From Octopus sinensis (Eukaryota): 64,000 nt of DNA. A program made the translations under genes and the position numbers. Under the pieces are notes generated by a model. The model was not told the origin of the DNA. It saw only the letters and a program-made list of their open reading frames with translations, and ran no database searches. The stretch's first letter is position 1. Each line of letters starts with the position of its first letter. The DNA lies in assembly GCF_006345805.1 (NCBI RefSeq), contig NC_043001.1:100874001-100938000 (forward strand). Direction: 5' to 3'. Shown piece after piece: positions 12,086 to 26,849 of the stretch.

Positions 12086-13548
12086 AGTAGACAAGAGTTG
12101 TTTTGGCATTTATACATTTAGGCAGGTTTAAATGGGTGGTGGTGGGGGACTTTTTTGGGGGTAGGCATGGCGCAAAACTGTCATTATTAGGGGAGTGGTC
12201 AAAGGAATCGGTGGTAAAGTAGATAAAAGAATAAATAAAAGAATAAAAAAATAAATAGAAAAATTTTAGGTAAGTAGGGAGACTCTCACTTGTACATCTA
12301 CATATATATATATACACATATATACACCCACATATTCACATATATCTATACATATACATACATACCCACATATACATACATATATATATACATACATACA
12401 CATACATATACATATATATATACACATACCCATGTACGTACACACAGATACACATATACATACATATACATACATATATGTATACACACTCGCACATTTA
12501 TATACCAATGCATATACATGCACACACATACACACACATTTTTATTCTCTTATTTTAATTTTATTATTACTACTTTTGTTTATATCTTTATTTTTATCTT
12601 GACTGCGGTCAGCCGGTCTCAAGGGATGATCTAAAGATTCCGTTTATCTATCTACTCCCTGATACGAACGCAAGCACTCACTCACGCCCACACACTCACA
12701 CGTACACACATACACATACGCACACGCACGTGTTATATTCATACACGCATACATCTACATACATTCACGTATATTCACATACACGCATACACATACATAC
12801 CTCAACACACCACAGAGACTAGTCCATACATATACACTATTAATATATATACACATATACATATACACATACATACAATACATACATATACATACACATA
12901 TACATATATATATACATATATATACATATACATATACATACACATATACATTCATACATATATACACATACACACATATATATGATTGATTGATTGATTG
13001 ATTCTAGTTTCAGCTTATGAGCTGTGGCCATGCTGGGATGCGTACACATACACCCACACACACACGCGCATCTATATATACACATAAGTACATACATGCA
13101 TAAATGTATACATATGTCTATACATATGCATACACATCCACACACGCGCGCCTCCTTATGTTCATAAATACATACATGCATACAGGCATATACATATATA
13201 CATACATGCATACTCAAATAATAATAATAATAATAATAATAAATATATATACGTGCAGTTACCCATTATACAGACGGATACATACATATAAACATACCCA
13301 TATATACCTATTTACACATATGTATATATACATACATACACACATAACTCTACATACCTACATATACATAAACACACAAGCGTACATATATAATATATTA
13401 TATATAATATATATATAATATATTACATATACATATATACACATATACACACACATACACACATATATATATACACATTTACACACACATTTACACATAT
13501 ATATATACACAACACATACACCACACACAATTATATATATATACATAT

Positions 13549-13580
<32 letters not shown>

Positions 13581-14010
13581 ATAGGTGTATATATACATAT
13601 ATATATATATATATAATATATATATAATATATAGGTATATATACATATATATATATATATACACACAAGCACATACATGCATAAATGTATACATGTTTTT
13701 TATACAAATGCATACACATACACACACTCACGCCTCCTTATATACATAAATACATACATGCATACAAACGCATACTCATGTAATAAATAATGAATAATAA
13801 ATATATGTAAGTCTCCCTACTTACCTAAAACTCTATTTTTCTATTATTTTTTATTCTTTTATTTATTCTTTATCTACTTTACCACCGATTCCTTTGACAC
13901 CATTCCCTAATAATGACAGTTTTGCGCCATGCCTACCCCCCAAAAAGTCCCACCACCACCCATTTAAACCTGCCTAAATGTATAAATGCCCAAAACAACT
14001 CTTGTCTACT

Positions 14011-14060
14011 AGCTTCCTGATGATTTTTTTGAATGAAACAGTTCTAGTCCTGTAGAAGCT
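14011..14060 (+). ncRNA. Type I hammerhead ribozyme motif (family D, inverted copy)
   Basis: Same fold as 12035-12085, with helix II weakened by loss of one C. Confidence 0.55.
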
Positions 14061-14149
14061 CCTTCTATATAATAAATTAATTTACTTGCTATGTATTGAG
14101 TACCTTATTTACTGTGGTTAACCCCGACTCAACCCGGGACCTACATATA

Positions 14150-14521
14150 TCTCTCTCTATATAAACGGCAGTTTGTCTGTGCGTGTTTCTGTGTGTCTGT
14201 TTGCTTGTACCCTCACCCTGACCACGGCTTTCAACCGATTCTGATGAAACTTGACACACACATAGCCCAATGTCATAATTCAAAACTAACGCAGCGAAAA
14301 TTTTGAAAAGTTCCCCCAGTTCTGAAAAAAATCGATAAATTCGACATGGGGTCGAGAATCAGAAACACAAACCACAACCTGTCTAGGGGACGCAACTCCA
14401 CCTTTTTTTACACTAAAAAAAATTTACCATAATTTTTTGCTATTTTTTGGCTATAACTCTCTAAAAATGCTTTATAGTTATTTCCCTTACAAACCTGAGC
14501 AACGCCGGGTGATACTGCTAG
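14150..14521 (+). mobile_element. Non-autonomous Helitron-type element
   Basis: 5' A|TC start, internal ctgtctgt-like tract and tttcaaccgattctgatgaaa, subterminal hairpin cctgagcaacgccggg, 3' CTAG|T, no TSD. Confidence 0.75.
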
Positions 14522-14561
<40 letters not shown>

Positions 14562-14937
14562 ATATAATATATATATATATATCTGTTTGTGGCATATGAG
14601 GTGCATTCAAAGAGTGTCTGATTTATTTTCCCCTCCGAAACTAATGTCACATGGGCAAAATCCTTGTGAGAAAATGTGAGAAAATTTTTATGCCAGTAGA
14701 TTGCATAATTTCTCAGCTGTTACCTTTAGCATACAACTGTGTAGCACACACTTGTTGGATTTTCATTTTCAAGCAAGATGACAAAACAAATTGAGCAGAG
14801 ACCATAATACAATATATCCTTCGTAATGTATTTTTACATTCCAATTTTATATAAACATACATATTTATATACATATATACATACGGTCGAACAATGATGA
14901 TGATGATGCCTTGGCACTTTACTGCCATCTCTCTATC

Positions 14938-14983
<46 letters not shown>

Positions 14984-16216
14984 CCTGTCTGCTTGTCTCT
15001 GTCTGTCTATCTCTCCCTCTGTCTAGCTGGGTAACAATGACCCTCCTTAACAGCAAGACATCTGTCTCTGCTTCTCTGTCTCTCTGTCACACATTATCCT
15101 TCCATCATTTGAGAAAAAAATCACCTGCTCCAATTCCCCCCTCCCCTCTCCAAGAGTCTTTGTGTTGCAACTTACTCGGTGACCCTGCCAGCATTGGTGC
15201 CATGTAAAAGGCACCCAGTCCACACTGTAAAGTGGTTGGCATTTCAAAGGGCATCCAGCTGTAAAAACCTTGCCAGAACTGACCTCGTCTGTGTTGCCGC
15301 CACTCTGCATGGTTGTTCATGTTAGGAAGGGCCTCCAGCCATAAAAGCCATGCCAAAACAGACACAGAAGTATGGTACAGTCTTGTACCTGGCCAGCTCC
15401 AGTCAAACCATCCAACGCATGCCAGCATGGAAAGCAGATGTTAAACAATGATGATAATGATGACGATATGTACACATATCGTCATCATCCTTAATAAAAA
15501 TTCAGCAGGTGACAAACCTGGATACTTTGTGCAGTGAATGCCGCAGAAATCCACATAGGTCATAAATTCCCTTTCTGCCTCCTGAACAATTTTTAAATCC
15601 AAAGTTCAAACACTGGATGAAGTCAGTATAAATTCAGTCCAGAGTCAGATTATAATGGGAAAAAGCACAAAAATAATGAAGATTTATTTGTAGTTAATCA
15701 CCTACATACATTTTAAATAGGATAGTATACTTCAAAATGATGGTGTGCAACACTTATGCACAGAATAATCAATTCCACAATTGATCTATCAAATTAAAAT
15801 ACTATCATGAGAGAGCGAGGGGAGGGATGGAGGGAGAGAGAAGGACAGAGGGAGAGAGGGGGAAAGGGAAGGAGGGAGAGAGAAAGGGAAAGAGAGGGAG
15901 GGAGAGAAAACATCACAGAGGATTTCAGCACTGTCCTATTCTCATGAAAGCTATAACACTACTGCTCATATTTTAGAATATTTTAAGGAAGAAAGTAGTA
16001 AATTTGTGTCAGCTCATCCCTTCATTTATATTTGATTGTTTCAGCAGGTCAAAGGTTAAACTGGCTTTGGATTTATATTCATCAGTTTATCAGATCATGA
16101 CATAATTGCTATTTAATACATATTTTATCCAAGCATGCCAGACAAACAGCAGCACTCAGTTCATGACACACCTATATTTTTGCTGTCCAGTTTATATACA
16201 AACAGATAGTAAGGTA

Positions 16217-16581
16217 TGGAGACGCAATAGCCCAGTGGTTAAGGTAGCGGACTCGTGGTCATAGAATCATGGTTTCGATTCCCAGACCGGGCGTTCTGAG
16301 TGTTTATTGAGTGAAAAAACCTAAAGCTCCACGAGGCTCCAGCAGGGGGGAGGGGCGAACCCTGCTGTACTCTTTCACCACAACTTTCTCTCACTCTTTC
16401 TGTTTCTATTGTACCTGTATTTCAAAGGGGGTCGGCCTTGTCACACTGAATCTCCCCTGAGAACTACATTAAGGGTACACATGTCTGTGGAGTGCTCAGC
16501 CATTTGCTTGTTAGTTTCCCGAGTGGGCTGTTCTGTTGATGAGATCAACTGGAATCCTCATCCTCACAACCAATGGAGTGC
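16217..16581 (+). mobile_element. Full-length tRNA-derived SINE with 14-bp TSD
   Basis: A box tagcccagtgg, B box gtttcgattcc; cagatagtaaggta at 16203-16216 and 16582-16595. Confidence 0.88.
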
Positions 16582-19334
16582 CAGATAGTAAGGTACGTTG
16601 AAATTAATTTATTCATTAGATAGATTAATGGGGTCAAAATAAATTGTAATTTTATCGGTGATGCATCTTAATATATATACACAATGGCTAGCCAGAGACT
16701 GGCTGAAGTAATGAAAATTCTCAAAGAAAAATATTAGGAAAAATGGTATTCATTATGGCAAATATTCCGTTTTACACAAGAATACTATATATCATATTCC
16801 AAATTAAGATGAGATAAATCAGATAAAGCAACTTTAATAGTAGAAAATATAAAATAAATTCTAAATAAAAGTGACTAAATTAAATCAGAGGCCACTTACT
16901 CTGATACTTGTCATTTAATTAGATAATCTTGTATATAATAAGAAAGTTAATCCTAAGAAACATAAAACAAGTTATTTTAAATTAAAAAATATAGAAATTA
17001 AAGATTAAAAATTTTATGTATACTATATAATTAAAAATTAAAAGATAATTTGAAATAAATTATCTTAAAAAATAATGAAATTATTTAAATATATTTTAAA
17101 ATCTTAAAATTTTAAAAATTTTACTAATTTTAAAAATAATTAAAGATACATAAAAAGTGATACTTACAAAGTTAGAATAATTAAAATAATTGAAAGCGAT
17201 TTGATTGTATATACTAAATTATACTAGCTACACTAAATATAACAGATCAAGAAAAAGCAGACCCAACCCATTATATTATTATGTTGCATTGATGCTTAAT
17301 ATTTTATTTATTGGGGAAGGTTTTGAAACTTCTTGTAAATAAATGTATACAGTATAACAATAATTCATCTATTTTGTTTAATTGGTTCCATTTGGAAGTA
17401 AGGATATGCTGTGTCTCTTAAAGGCACGAATTACACTTTACTTTTATTCCATTGTATGGTAGAATGCTACCTATTATAGACCATTTACTTTCATACCTAG
17501 CAGCCTTTGCTTTATGATTCCAGATAAATTTACATAAAGTAGTGAAGTTTTCTTTCTATATTTAAATGAAGAAAGTGGTTATATAATCTTGATTTAAACC
17601 TCATTGCTCAAGCACCAATATAACAGCAAATATCTTTCCCTGTTACTACTGAGCACTTATAAGTTATGCTTTTTTAAGTATTGATTCTTTAATAGGAAGT
17701 TTAGCTGATTTCTAAACTTATATGACCAGTTAGACTTATCCTTAGATGGTTCTCTATTTCAAAGGTTCACATTCCATCTGCTATCAGCATAAATTGTTGA
17801 GCTAGGAACATCATCATCATCATCATCTATATATGATATATTTGACATGTACACAGTATCTCTATTTAAATAGGACATTTCTGATTCATTCCATATTACT
17901 CAAGATGGCTTATAATTGTCATTTTACTTCTTCTTATGATTATCAATAACAGTAATATGCCAATTTGTTCCTTTTGTACGTACCTGGCGAGTATGTCACA
18001 CTTACTTCAAAGACGAAGTAAGTGACAAAGTGAAAGAGAAGAGAACAGAGAAATAAGAGAGAAAGAAAGATAGAGAGAAAGAGAGTGAGAGAGAAAGAGA
18101 AAGGCTAAGAGAGAAAGAGAGAGAGTGGGAGAGAGAGAGAGAGAGAGTGAGAGAGAAAGAGAGAAAGTGTATACTGTGTATACTTACATTTTGTTTTTAT
18201 CATTTTCATTATACATAAACCCTCACACTTTATGTCTGTCTTTGTATTATCCTCCTTCATCCTTTGCCTTTGTGGCAAATAAATGAAATTATTATCATTA
18301 TTGTTACTGATGTTGTTATTGCTGTTATAGATAATGGATTTTTACTAAAAACTAAGGGTTTACAAACAGATCACAGATAGTGCAGAAGGATACAGTATAA
18401 TGTGGTGTGTTATAATAACAAAACCAAAGACACTGAAATTTCAGGCAACAAAAATTCCCTTAGAGCAGGCAAACTTCCAAGGGCCACTTATAGAAACCCC
18501 ATAAAACTATGGTCACACTGAACACGAGGATAAAGGCTTTCTCTCTACCCTTCAGCCTTAATATACAGATATGTTGCTGCAGGCACTTTTAGTCAATCCA
18601 TCCTTGCCACTCACAACCACCTTCTAATACATTTGCCAGAAAGTAGCACTGCCCTCTACTATATGAAGTGGGACTTCCATTTAGCAATAGATTTTTCTCT
18701 GGTGCTTTACAACTTACCGTAACTAACAGTTTTCTGATATCAATAAAAACGTATCATCAAAATTAATCTTTCAAAGATGTTTTGTGTAAACTGTCAGCTA
18801 GCCGTTGTAATTATATCAGATTTCTGAATCAGTTTCATGAGCATTCAGTCAAACGAAGACCAGACATCTGCTCACATATCTTTGTATGTAATGGTCATAA
18901 TACTTTCAGAATCTTTATAATTAAAGTTTCATTTATAAATATAGCCTACAGTGGTTACGGGATGTAATGCTAATAGATGATATACAAATCTCTGAATAAT
19001 TACTATTTGGGGAATTTGTGCAGATAAACATATTGTAGATGACATTCCGTTTCAAGCATTGGATAAATGTTACATTGACAAAGATTAACATTTTACTAAC
19101 TAGATTCTGCAAACCAGCAGCAGAGGAACAAGAAGAGAAGTTGTGTTAGTTAATTGCTTTTAATACTGTCACAAATTAAGGTGGCAAGCTTAGCAGCATT
19201 TTGTCCATCTTTACAATCTTTTGTGGTCAATAAATTAAGTACCAGTTCAGCAATGAAGTCAATGTAATCAACTTACCCCCCACCCCTGAACCTGCTTGCC
19301 TCGTGCCAAAATTGGAAACCACACAAATTACCTA

Positions 19335-19565
19335 TTTCTTTACTACCCACAAGGAGCTAAATACAGAAGAGACAAACAAGGACAGTCAGACGTATTAAGT
19401 CAATTATATTGACCCCAGTGCATAACTGGTACTTAATTTATCGACCCCGAAAGGATGAAAGGCAAAGTCGACCATGGCAGAATTTGAACTCAGATCGTAA
19501 CGGCAGACGAAATACCGCTAAGCATTTCGCCCAGCATGCTAACGTTTCTGCCTGCTTGCCGCCTT
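19335..19565 (-). mobile_element. tRNA-derived SINE (central gcctttcatcctttcggggtcgataaa domain)
   Basis: Reverse complement ggcggcaagcaggcagaaacgttagc...gagttcaaattc; decayed relatives near 19180, 24600-24740, 44500-44700 and 60655-60830. Confidence 0.75.
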
Positions 19566-19943
19566 GCCCCACTACCACTGAACTTGCTGACCTCATGCCA
19601 AAATTAGAAACCACACAAATTACCAGGATTCAAAGTATCAGAATCTAATTTTGAATTCAGTATATTATTAAATGTGTCCAGTCTAAAGAGAAGAAGATTC
19701 AATGTGAATTAAACTCAGAACAAAACATCAACAACATTTTATATGTAGCCGGGAGTTGTGGCCTTTATAGTCAAAGGAGGAAAGATAGCGCCAACTATTT
19801 TCACAGACTATCCCAGATGGGTGTGATTATTGTTATTTTTGTTCAAATTCACTAAATCAGCCAATATTTGCAGAAAAATGTGGGACTGAACTCGGAACTA
19901 TGTGTTTGGGAAGTAAGCTTCTTACCACACAGCCACTCCTGCA

Positions 19944-20060
<117 letters not shown>

Positions 20061-20253
20061 TGTATATGTATATGTATGTGTGTATATATATATATGCATG
20101 TATGTTGAACAATTGACTCAAGTCTTAATTTTTTACTTTTTTTTTTAAGGTCTGTTACTAACATGTTTGGCCCCTTTTTGTTGAACTGTTGATATATGGC
20201 TATAAGAAAATCAATACCAGTTGTCATGCTGTGGTGGGGTCAAACACACACAC

Positions 20254-20296
<43 letters not shown>

Positions 20297-21903
20297 AACA
20301 CGCACACACAATGGGCTTTCACACAGTTTCCATCTAGAAAATTCACCCAGAAGTCACTTGTCAGCTCTGAGTGATAGCAGAAAATTGAACCTAAAACCAT
20401 ATGGTCACAACGTGAGCTTCTAAACCACACATCCACAGATATAAATACATACAAATATACATACATACACAAATGTGTGTGTGTGTGAGTGTTCAGAGGT
20501 GAATATATATCTATATCAAATAGAAATACAAACAGACCCACCTGTTTCCACCCACAGCTCCAGGATTGCTATACATACATATGTACATACATACAGATAC
20601 ACACATACACACACACTCCTATCTTATATATACATACAAATCCTCTCCAGTATCTATATACTGTGGAGGTAATGAAGATTAGCTAAATTAGTGCTTTGAA
20701 TAAGCAGCAACAAAAACAACCACAACAACAACAACTGCTATTTTTTTTTCTAATATTGAAAAAATTTTTATAATATTAAATAATAATTTCTAAATTTTTC
20801 CATTTTGTTTTTTAAATTTAATTTTTAATTGAAAGCTGGATTAAAGAGAAAAGTTAATAATGCATTAAACCCCCCCACCACCACCACCACCACTGATGAC
20901 GACGACACGATGATGATGATAATGATGATGATGATGACTTTAGCAATAACTATCTTTACAACAACAAGAATAAGGAAAATTAAACAAATTGAAATACAAC
21001 AACAATTACAATAATAAAAATAACAAAGAAGGAAAAAATGCTTAGTGAAAATTGCAGAGTTGATGATAATGGTCAGTTCTACATGGAAAGAAAGGAAAAG
21101 ATAAGAATGGGCAAACGAATAATGTAAACAAAAAGTTTTGCAAAGTAATTAAGTCATATATTAAAAAAAAAAAAGAAAAAAAAAAGCCAAAAGACAGACA
21201 TCATTATAGGGAAATATTCAACAATAACAAAGTTCTTTTGAAAGGTTATCATGGAATATGATGGAAGGTTGAGAGAAAATAATGGCTCCAAAATATCAGA
21301 TATGAAGAAAGTTAAGAAAAAAAATATGTAAGTGGTTTATGAATAATTTTCAAAGAAAGCTGAAGAACAAAAGTAAAATAATGGTAAGGCAATATGAAAG
21401 AGAAGGAAAGATATTCTGGAGTAAAAGCATGAGTCTGGCTGTTTTCTGTTTTTTGATATCTTCATGTTTCATTTTTGGTTTATTAATGAAAAATGTTGGT
21501 TGGGAAATATTTACGTCATAGAAAGATTAAAAGTGAAGAATGCAATTGCAAAGAAGAATGGAATTAATCACAATCTTTAAGGTCAGATATTAGACTGAAT
21601 CTTTTGCAAAAGAGTTTTCTTGATAAACCTTGTTGCATATCTTACAAATAATTAGTTTAGTAAACGTAGAAAGTTGTGGTTGATGTATGGCAACGAGGGG
21701 GTTTCGTTAATGTTTATATGAATAACATTGCAATAAGTAATCAAAAATAATCTTTTTTTTTTTAAATCGAACATCAATGATCAAACAACATAGAACTAAG
21801 CTATGCTGTAGTAGTAGTAGTAGTATAATTATTATTATTATTATTATTGTTATTATTATTATTATTATTAGTAGTAGCAGTAGTAGTAGTAGTAGTAGTA
21901 GTG

Positions 21904-21939
<36 letters not shown>

Positions 21940-22139
21940 TGGTAGCAGCACGTTGTTGCATCCCTTGTTTGCTGGTGACTCCCTACTTCTCCTGCTGGAT
22001 AACACCTCTGCAGCACTCAGGTGACAGCCCTACAGCCTATGAGTCTGTTTGGGTGGTCATTGCTGGTGAGGATTTCTTCTGAGGTCAAAGCAGAAACCCT
22101 AACCCTCAACCTCTTTTAGTCAGCTTTTATATTAATTAA

Positions 22140-22387
22140 ATGCACCCTTTTAAAGCCTAGCCAAGCTTATGGGCCTGGTTTTCCAGTTTCTATGGCATAT
22201 GTGTTCCCCAGCTGGACGGGACGCCAGTCCATCTTAGCGTTACTCATTTTTACCAGCTGAGTGGACTGGAGCAATGTGAAATGAAGTGTTTTGCTCAAGA
22301 AAGCAACGCATCACCCAGTCCAGGAATCGAAACCACAATCTTACAATCATGATGCTGACACCCTAACCACTAAGCCACGCACCTCCA
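22140..22387 (-). mobile_element. tRNA-derived SINE
   Basis: Reverse complement begins ggaggtgcgtggcttagtggttagg ... ggtttcgattcc; homologue at 48030-48288. Confidence 0.8.
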
Positions 22388-22843
22388 CTAGCTATTATAT
22401 TACACAGAAGAAATATTAAGTCTATTCTTTGACATGCCACACCCCACACAAAACAAATTCTATATCATTTATATATATATACTGGTATCACACACACACA
22501 CACACACACGTGCGAATATACCTTGTCTGCCGGACCAGTGTGGTAGCATTGTTTGAAAACTATAAAATGCAAGGAATTGCATTGTGACCAGTGATATATA
22601 ACAATATTTGATAGTCCACTTGGGCAAGACTGTGTTTGTCTTTCCCTCCCCCACCACTTGACAAACCAGTGTTGGTGTGTTTACGTCCCTGTAACTTGGT
22701 GGTTGAGCAGGAGAGACTAACAGGAAAGTGCCAGGCTTTAATAAAACATAAGAACTGGGGTTGATTTGTTCAACTATAATTCTGCAAGGGAGTGCTCTAG
22801 AATGGCCATAGTTTAATGACTGAAAGAAGTGAAGGACAAAAGC

Positions 22844-22967
<124 letters not shown>

Positions 22968-23388
22968 CATATGTATGTATGTATGAATGTTACACACACA
23001 CACACACACACACAACTGTTAGCCATGGGCAAGCACTTATCTATCGACTGACAAGGGAGGCCGACCTCCCTACAGCAAGCAAGGAGTGTCAGATCATCGA
23101 TGATTTTGGTTTGAGTTAATCCTCGCCAGTGACATTTCCTCCATTGCCTAGAGTCAAATGGAACTCGCCTTGTCAGTTTATAGCAAACACCATAGGAATC
23201 ATTTGCTGATTCAGTAAAATGGTAAAGTGAAAACTATGAATTATTAAGGTGGCATCTGCAGTTTAAAAACCAAAAGCTGTTATTTCTAGCAATGCTGATG
23301 CTGACTTGCACCCTTAGTCACTTTAGTGATATTTGTACTTGTACTTTTGGCTTTTAAATTGTGGATGGCCACACCAATAATTTATATA

Positions 23389-23432
<44 letters not shown>

Positions 23433-24049
23433 TAATTATTTGAGGGAATATTATTCCTAACTTACAGGGAAAAAATTTTATTTAGAAATACTAAATCAAA
23501 TTTCACAAAATATAATATATATAAAAAATTAGAAAAAAACACCTTTTATCAATTCAAAATGAACAATAAAATTACACCATCTAGAAAATTACATATAATA
23601 GAAATATTAAATATAAAATAACAATAATATACCGATGATTAAGTAAATTGCAAAATAATAAATAAAACATATATTTGGTAGAATAGAATTCGTGGCTATA
23701 TTTATATATATATATATATACACTCCTTCCTCTCTTTTGTCAAATCTTTCCATCCTACCCTCCACTTCTCCTGCACTATCTCTGACACCTCTCTTTGCTG
23801 TTTGTTGGGATTGTATTGTGTGTATATGTGTGTGTATATCTATGTATGTATGGGTGTGTTTGTGTGAATGTGATTTGTGATTGTCAGGGTGGAGTGTGTA
23901 GGTGTGTATATGTATGTGTTTACATATGTGTATGTGTGTGTGAGTGTTGGTTATGGTTGCTAGAATCGTATTGCAAGTGTATATATATATGTGTGTATAT
24001 ATATATGTATGTGTGTGTGTGTGTATGTATGTGTGTATGTATGTATTGC

Positions 24050-24535
24050 ATATGAATGAAGACATTTGCATCAAGAGGTGCCAATCTCTATTTGTAGAGG
24101 GAACATGCTGAAGGGATGGACCCAGGAAGGCATGAGACAAAGTGGTGAGAAGGATATGCTGGCAGTTTGCTGAGTTTGAGAAGACATACCAAGCTAAGTA
24201 TAAGCATGGTTGTCCTTCCAATGCAGGCTTGTCCCCTGCATCCCTCCCCAGCTGAGCATCCCTAATCTTGCAGGCTCATGAGTGCTGGTACCACATAAAA
24301 GGCATCTGTACTGGTGTGCCTTTAATGTGGCACATTCCATGCTGGTGCTGTGTAAAAGTGCCCAGTGCCACTCTGTAAAGTGGTTGGTGCAAGGAAGGGC
24401 ATCCAGTCATAGAAACTATGCTAAGACACACAGGGAGCCTGGGCTGCTCTTCAGCTGGCCAGCTCTGGTTAAACTGTCCAACCCATGCCAGCATGAAAAG
24501 CAGACATTAAATGATGATGATGATGATGGTGGTGG
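24050..24535 (+). mobile_element. Decayed RTE 3' fragment
   Basis: MNEDICIKRCQSLFVEG..GPRK resembles the LINE C-terminus; shared 3' UTR and (GAT)n. UTR-only copies at 15170-15470, 31315-31492 and 41655-41855. Confidence 0.7.
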
Positions 24536-24875
24536 TATGAGATGCTTAATATGGTTTCTATCAACCAAATTCACTTTCAAAATATTGGTTAACCTGACAC
24601 AATTCTAACTGACAGTATCCCAAATTTAGCTGCATTTTGTCTGTTTTTATGTTCTTAGTTTGAATTCTTCCAAGGTCAGAATCCTGTTGGGGCTGATGAA
24701 TTTAGTACCAATCAAGCATAGGAGTCAATGTAATAGACAATCTCTCAGAGATGCACATATCGTCAGCCATGAAGAGACATGCTCAACTGGTTAAAGGTGA
24801 ATCAACTGATAAGCAAATCTATGGTATGGAACAGAATATTTGCTGTAGCTCATCTTTTTTGAGCAGAATATTTGC

Positions 24876-24930
<55 letters not shown>

Positions 24931-25195
24931 GATGGTGGTGATGGTGGCAAAGTCAATTTTGCTTTTCATCCTTTTCTGGATTGATGAAACAAGCACCAGT
25001 TGAGAACCAAGGTCGATGTAATCGTCTAGTCTCCTCCCCCAAAGATGCTAGCCTTGTGCCAAAAATTATCATCATCATCATCATCATCATCATTATTATT
25101 ATTAATTTTATTATTATTATTATTATTATTATTGGTGGTGTTGGTGGTGGTGGTGGTGGCAGTGGTGTTGTATAGGTAGCAGTAGTATTTGTAGT

Positions 25196-25227
<32 letters not shown>

Positions 25228-26129
25228 TATTAGTAGTAGTAGTAGTAGTAGTAGCAGCAGCAGCAGCAAACATGATGGTGGTTAATCCTGTTTCAAGTGA
25301 CACAGTAGTCTGTTACACTGTTGCACTATTTCTCTGTTACTCTGTGACCCACACACTATATTGTTGTTGTTGTTGTTGTGGTTGTCAGTTCTTCCAACGA
25401 CATTTGTTAACTTTATGCCTTAACAGCTCTGGAATAAGAGACCCTTTGCTTTAAAAAAAACCGAATGGTATGGGTTAACAAACAGGAATGGTATCCTTCT
25501 GTAAAACAATGCCTCAGTAACTCACCAAGCATAGAGAAGAAATGGATGCGTAAATTAACAACTAATTCTTAAAAAGTATCCTCAAAGAAGAATAAAAAAA
25601 AACAAAGAACTAGTGTATTTGATCTTTCCTCTCTTCTATTCTGAATGTTGAGAGAGAAAATGTTGATTAAGCAGTGAAATCTCAGTGGAAAATCAAGAAG
25701 AAAATCGAAATTTTATAATTAACCAACACATTGAAATATAGCTTATATTTAAGAGCAGTTCTAAAAGAGAGCCATTCAATTGATTGGCAACACTCTGCTC
25801 ACCAATAAGCTTCAAGTACACGCTCACAGTTATGTAATTTCCTCTCTTTGCCTCTACTGTGACTACAATGTCCTCTGCTTCTCTAAACTAACAACCTGCA
25901 CACTCACTCCCCCTCCCCCCCACCACCCACCAAGTCATCCATTGCTTCTCCTCAACGGTTACATTACAATATATCAACTTCCAGATTCTGTTCGAAATAT
26001 TTGATTTATTCCGATCTTTTGAGAATTATGATTCTCTAAAATTCTTTCACTGTCCACATATTTGCACAGATGAATGCCAACCATATCCATCCCACTTGGG
26101 AAAGTTAAGGGTCACAGCTTCTCCTGTTT

Positions 26130-26277
26130 TAGACTAGTTTACTTGATTCCCAACCATATGATTCCAGGTTCAGTCCCACCACATGGCACTTTGGGCAAAT
26201 GTCTTCTACTATAATCCCAGGCTAACCAAAGCCTTTTCAGTGGATTTGGTTGATGGAACTTCAAAGAAGCCCACTAT
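26130..26277 (+). mobile_element. tRNA-derived SINE with CORE-like segment
   Basis: ggttcagtccc B box, ttgggcaaatgtcttctactat; relatives at 32570-32700, 47130-47287 and 52955-53090, and reversed at 20290-20430. Confidence 0.6.
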
Positions 26278-26289
26278 ATATATATATAT

Positions 26290-26483
26290 AGTTAATCCAA
26301 ACATGAAAACACAACAACGCGAGGACGTGGAACAAATATAGTATTATTGGACTCTCAGGAAGGAAGGAAAGAAGGAGGGCTTAATGTTTCGAGTGGAGCT
26401 CTTCATCAGAAACATAAGAAAAGGAAAGATCCAAAGAAGGGAAGACGGAGGAAAAAAATCGCCAACGGTACGCACGCGGTCAT
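26290..26483 (-). mobile_element. Penelope-like terminal-repeat fragment (family B) in (TA)n
   Basis: Second copy of 11593-11790. Confidence 0.65.
26379..26413 (-). ncRNA. Minimal hammerhead motif (family B, decayed)
   Basis: GUUU-CUGAUGA-A-GAGC(UCC)ACUC-GAA-ACAU-U-AAGC: canonical core, CpG-type changes in helices II and III. Confidence 0.5.
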
Positions 26484-26849
26484 ATGTATATATATATATA
26501 TATACATACACACATGTAGGTATGTATATACACACACATGCACATATATACATGATGTCTGCTATTTTGTCTGCGTTTGTCTCACCAACCAGTGTTAGTC
26601 TGTTTATATCCCTGAAGATAAGTGATTCAGCAAAGAATCAATGGAACAAGTGGTTTAAAAAATAAGTGTTGGGGGCCGATTCATTTGATGAAAATTCCTT
26701 CAGGTGATGCCCCAGCAAGGCCACAGTCTAATGATTGAAACAATTAAAAGATAAAAGATAAAATGTTATTTGGCATCCAAATATTTTTCCAAATTCTAAC
26801 CAGATTAAATCAAAGATAGAAATGTACAATAATACAAGATTTAGATAAT

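Larger units (their letters stand above)
12019..14076. repeat. Long inverted repeat (arms 12019-12284 and 13810-14076) around microsatellite DNA
   Basis: Arms of about 265 bp are near-identical reverse complements; each ends outward in a hammerhead. Confidence 0.9.

Noticed and set aside
14240-14250. ctgatgaaac
   Set aside because: Part of the Helitron-type element body; no hammerhead fold.
16217-16285. tRNA-like sequence with A and B boxes
   Set aside because: It is a SINE head with a TSD-flanked body; no complete cloverleaf gene. The same applies to the other SINE heads.
17984-18004. 21-nt microexon-like segment on the minus strand inside a hairpin
   Set aside because: Too short to distinguish from chance; similar hits occur near 42805 and 18718.
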